Assembly (NCBI GenBank): GCA_017513085.1
Contig: JAFWDK010000015.1
Location: 142,951-206,950, forward strand
Origin: Clostridiales bacterium
GTDB taxonomy: Bacteria > Bacillota > Clostridia > Saccharofermentanales > Saccharofermentanaceae
DNA length: 64,000 nt
Direction: 5' to 3'
The stretch's first letter is position 1. Each line of letters starts with the position of its first letter. The translations under genes and the position numbers were made by a program. The notes under the pieces are model-generated. The model saw nothing but the letters and a program-made list of their open reading frames with translations, was not told where the DNA came from and made no database searches. Shown here one piece after another: positions 61,203 to 64,000 of this stretch.

Positions 61203-63092
61203 ATGAAACAAGTTAGGTGTGTTTGCAGTTTTCTTCTGTCTATTGCTATTATTTGTTTCTTCTGCAATACTTCTAGTGTTCGAGCTTCTGAGAAAGAACT
61301 GCTGCAACTAAGAACAAATAACAGTCAAACTTATCTTCAATCAGATGGAAAGTATAGAACGGATATATATGGTGCGGACAAATACTATGAAGATAGCGGA
61401 AATCTTGTAGAGATAGACAATACAATTGTTCCTTCAGATGATAAAGACTGTCTTTATATGAATAAGGCCAATTCCTACACTTCGTATTTTAATACGTATT
61501 CCACTGATAATCCAATGATTATACTTCAGTACAAAGATTATGATTTGGATATTACTCCAGCGTTTTTAGATTATTCACAGAACGATATAAGTCCAGTTTT
61601 ATCAAAAGATTTATCAAAAACGCAAGATCAAGAAACATGTGAATTTGAAAGAATACTATCTAATGACAATAGATCAGTTTGGTATGAAGGAATATTACCA
61701 AACGTTGATTATGTTTATACTGCGCTCCATGACGGGGTAAAGGAAGATATCATTTTACGAAGTAACGATGCGCCTCTTGAATACTCTTTCCTTTTGAATA
61801 CTACAGATAATCTATGTTTTCAGGAAGAAGAAGGTTCACTGTATTTAGTTGATAGATTATCACATGCTCAAGTATTTGAAATGCTAAATCCTTACATGGA
61901 AGATGCTGAAGGAAAATCCTCAACAAATCTGAAATGGAGAATTGATACTAGCAACAAAAAAACGATTCTGACAATAGATATCGATGCTGACTTTCTAAAA
62001 TCGAATACTACTGTCTTTCCGGTACGAGTAGATCCGACATTTATTACTAAAGGTACAAATTATACTTCTGATACCTACGTATCATCCAATAATTCCTCAA
62101 CTAATTATGTTACAAACGAATACCTTAGAACTGGAAAGGATACCCCTTATGGAGTACGTCGTTCGTATATTCGTTTTAAACTACCATCCGGCTATAAAGC
62201 TAATGGCATATCTGCTGCTTCGTTGCAGTTGACTTTGTATTCAAAAGGGTCGTTAGCGATTAATCCGCGTGTTCACGTAAGCCTCGGATACTGGAAATCA
62301 AATCAAATAGTATATAACCATTCGACAAATACCAATAATAGGAATAATGATGGCTTTGGAACATCTTCTATATCTCCGACAGTATCGGGCAACACATACA
62401 CATTCAATGTGTTGTACACCATTCAAAACAATTATAATCAAGACTATTCCAATTATGGATTTGTTATTACTGATGCAACCGAAAGCAATACAAATATCTG
62501 GGCAACGTTCTATTCATCGGACTCGTCTAATACACAATATATACCAAAACTGTCAATAACTTATTCAACTGTAACACCGGCAGATAATGTTTTTGCTGGG
62601 CATTGGAGCGGAAGTGCACCATATACATTTGATGGGTACACGAACAATACAAATTCATATGTATATAACGCTTTTTCAAACTGGAGTGGCATAGATTCCA
62701 ATGTGATTATGGGAACTCTTTATTCGGGAACGTCATCACAGTATCGGAAAATTCGAATTCAAAATAGTACCAGTAGTGATATGATAGATTTATATGCATT
62801 AACATTATTTTACAATTCGTCAGGATACGAAGTGGACGAGAATAGCACATGGACTTATGCTGTTATTTATATCAATAATCGTTCAGATTCGATTTTTTCA
62901 CCTCTTCATAGTGACACTAAGGAGGAAATAGTCACGCACGAACTTGGTCATGCACTTGGCTTGGCTCATCATGCAAAAATCAATGAATATTTTGCTGCGG
63001 ATCCAACTGTGTGCATAATGCAACAATACGAATTTTACTGCTACCCGAAACCAACGTCACACGACAAGCAGACGTTACAAAATAAGTATTGA
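61203..63092 (+). CDS. Secreted protein: WapA/Rhs-N-like region, DNRLRE-like domain, C-terminal zinc metalloprotease
   Basis: Signal peptide (VRA-S); LRTNNSQTY...DG, GVKEDIIL, FPVRVDPT, SDTYVSS...RSYIRF...PKLSITY; HELGHALGLAH with a CIM Met-turn. Confidence 0.7.
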   Translation: MKQVRCVCSFLLSIAIICFFCNTSSVRASEKELLQLRTNNSQTYLQSDGKYRTDIYGADKYYEDSGNLVEIDNTIVPSDDKDCLYMNKANSYTSYFNTYSTDNPMIILQYKDYDLDITPAFLDYSQNDISPVLSKDLSKTQDQETCEFERILSNDNRSVWYEGILPNVDYVYTALHDGVKEDIILRSNDAPLEYSFLLNTTDNLCFQEEEGSLYLVDRLSHAQVFEMLNPYMEDAEGKSSTNLKWRIDTSNKKTILTIDIDADFLKSNTTVFPVRVDPTFITKGTNYTSDTYVSSNNSSTNYVTNEYLRTGKDTPYGVRRSYIRFKLPSGYKANGISAASLQLTLYSKGSLAINPRVHVSLGYWKSNQIVYNHSTNTNNRNNDGFGTSSISPTVSGNTYTFNVLYTIQNNYNQDYSNYGFVITDATESNTNIWATFYSSDSSNTQYIPKLSITYSTVTPADNVFAGHWSGSAPYTFDGYTNNTNSYVYNAFSNWSGIDSNVIMGTLYSGTSSQYRKIRIQNSTSSDMIDLYALTLFYNSSGYEVDENSTWTYAVIYINNRSDSIFSPLHSDTKEEIVTHELGHALGLAHHAKINEYFAADPTVCIMQQYEFYCYPKPTSHDKQTLQNKY

Positions 63093-63103
63093 GGAGAAGA
63101 GTT

Positions 63104-63826
63104 ATGAATAAAGTATTATGCATATCCGTCGTTCTTGCATCAACTATAGTAATGACGTCATGTTCGAAAACTGAGTATTCTGTCAACTCTTTAACAGACA
63201 GTACAGAAGCTGTGAATGTATCGAGTTTGACGCCAGAAGAAAGATCATCGACAAATGAGAAAGAAGATTATAATGCTCGACTTCAAGGAGCGAAAATCGT
63301 ATCACATGATGGGAAAATGAGCTCGGATTTCTTGATTCGTAGTTTAGAAGACCTAGAATCTAAGAGTGACTGTATCATTATAGGTACTGTTATAGAAAAA
63401 GAGCAGTTTCGAGATGAGGATCCTGAATTAGTGGAGATGGGCATTCAAAAAGGTACAACGACAAGTGTCGTCCGGGTGGAGAAAGCATATTTAGGGAATG
63501 ATGTACGAGAGGGAGACCTAATCAAAATTGAGGAATTCTGCTATATGTATGATGATGACAACGGGACTACAATTCTTTCAACGCTAGGTCCATACTATCC
63601 AGCAAAAAAAGATAGTACATACATTCTTTTCCTTTCGAGATTTGAGGGAGGACATGCTCTGTATACACCGACATCAAGATGGTATGGAAAATATCCATGC
63701 AATGATCAAATTATTCAAAAAGCAAGGGATAACGAAGAAATTGATTCTACTGAGATTGAATATTCAAAATCTGTTTCAGTAGACCAATCTCTGGTTAGAG
63801 ATATTTACATAAAGTATGGCAACTAG
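63104..63826 (+). CDS. Hypothetical lipoprotein
   Basis: Lipobox MTSC; GAGGAG RBS overlapping the upstream stop; SLEDL...SDCIIIGTV and YILFL OB-fold-like pattern. Confidence 0.7.
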   Translation: MNKVLCISVVLASTIVMTSCSKTEYSVNSLTDSTEAVNVSSLTPEERSSTNEKEDYNARLQGAKIVSHDGKMSSDFLIRSLEDLESKSDCIIIGTVIEKEQFRDEDPELVEMGIQKGTTTSVVRVEKAYLGNDVREGDLIKIEEFCYMYDDDNGTTILSTLGPYYPAKKDSTYILFLSRFEGGHALYTPTSRWYGKYPCNDQIIQKARDNEEIDSTEIEYSKSVSVDQSLVRDIYIKYGN

Positions 63827-64000
63827 TTATACCCTTCCACAATAATGTAGCACCAGTATTAATTAAAACTTTCCCCATTCGCCGTACTATACAAACCGGC
63901 GAAATTGATGCCTTTTGATACTTGAACAATAATTGTTCGCCAATAGTTCCTTGAAAAACAGCGGTTTTACCGCTTAAACAACGGTTCTCATGCCGGAAAA

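Larger units (their letters stand above)
52175..64000. mobile_element. Integrative mobilizable element inserted at the 3' end of guaA (right end outside the window; left boundary approximate)
   Basis: Repressor, xis and tyrosine integrase directly after guaA; MOBQ oriT and relaxase; AT-richer cargo; no T4SS or phage structural genes seen. Confidence 0.85.

Overview
A 64 kb chromosomal window from a Gram-positive clostridial bacterium; gene order resembles what I recall from the Acetivibrio/Saccharofermentans-like lineage (inference). It spans the replication origin region: dnaA-oriC-dnaN-recF-DUF370-gyrB, three parS sites, parA-parB and tRNA-Ser(TGA), all on the minus strand. Downstream of the tRNA is an accessory tract (1-8400) with an HTH-MNT/HEPN toxin-antitoxin pair, a decayed second copy coupled to a rhuM fragment, a two-component system and an ECF sigma/anti-sigma pair. 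The central block holds housekeeping genes (sortase-murT-gatD, cimA, fabF, gatCAB, trmL, LTA-synthase-like, uppP, guaA). It also contains an ECF sigma factor whose downstream anti-sigma-like partner carries a serpin domain, and a preQ1-I-like riboswitch in front of a VUT transporter and an amidase. From the 3' end of guaA to the window end lies an integrative mobilizable element (XRE repressor, xis, tyrosine integrase, MOBQ oriT and relaxase with overprinted genes). Its cargo is a complete agr-like quorum-sensing locus, including a 39-aa AgrD absent from the ORF track, and a secreted WapA/Rhs-N-like DNRLRE metalloprotease paired with a lipoprotein. All family assignments come from motif recognition by eye; no database searches were run.
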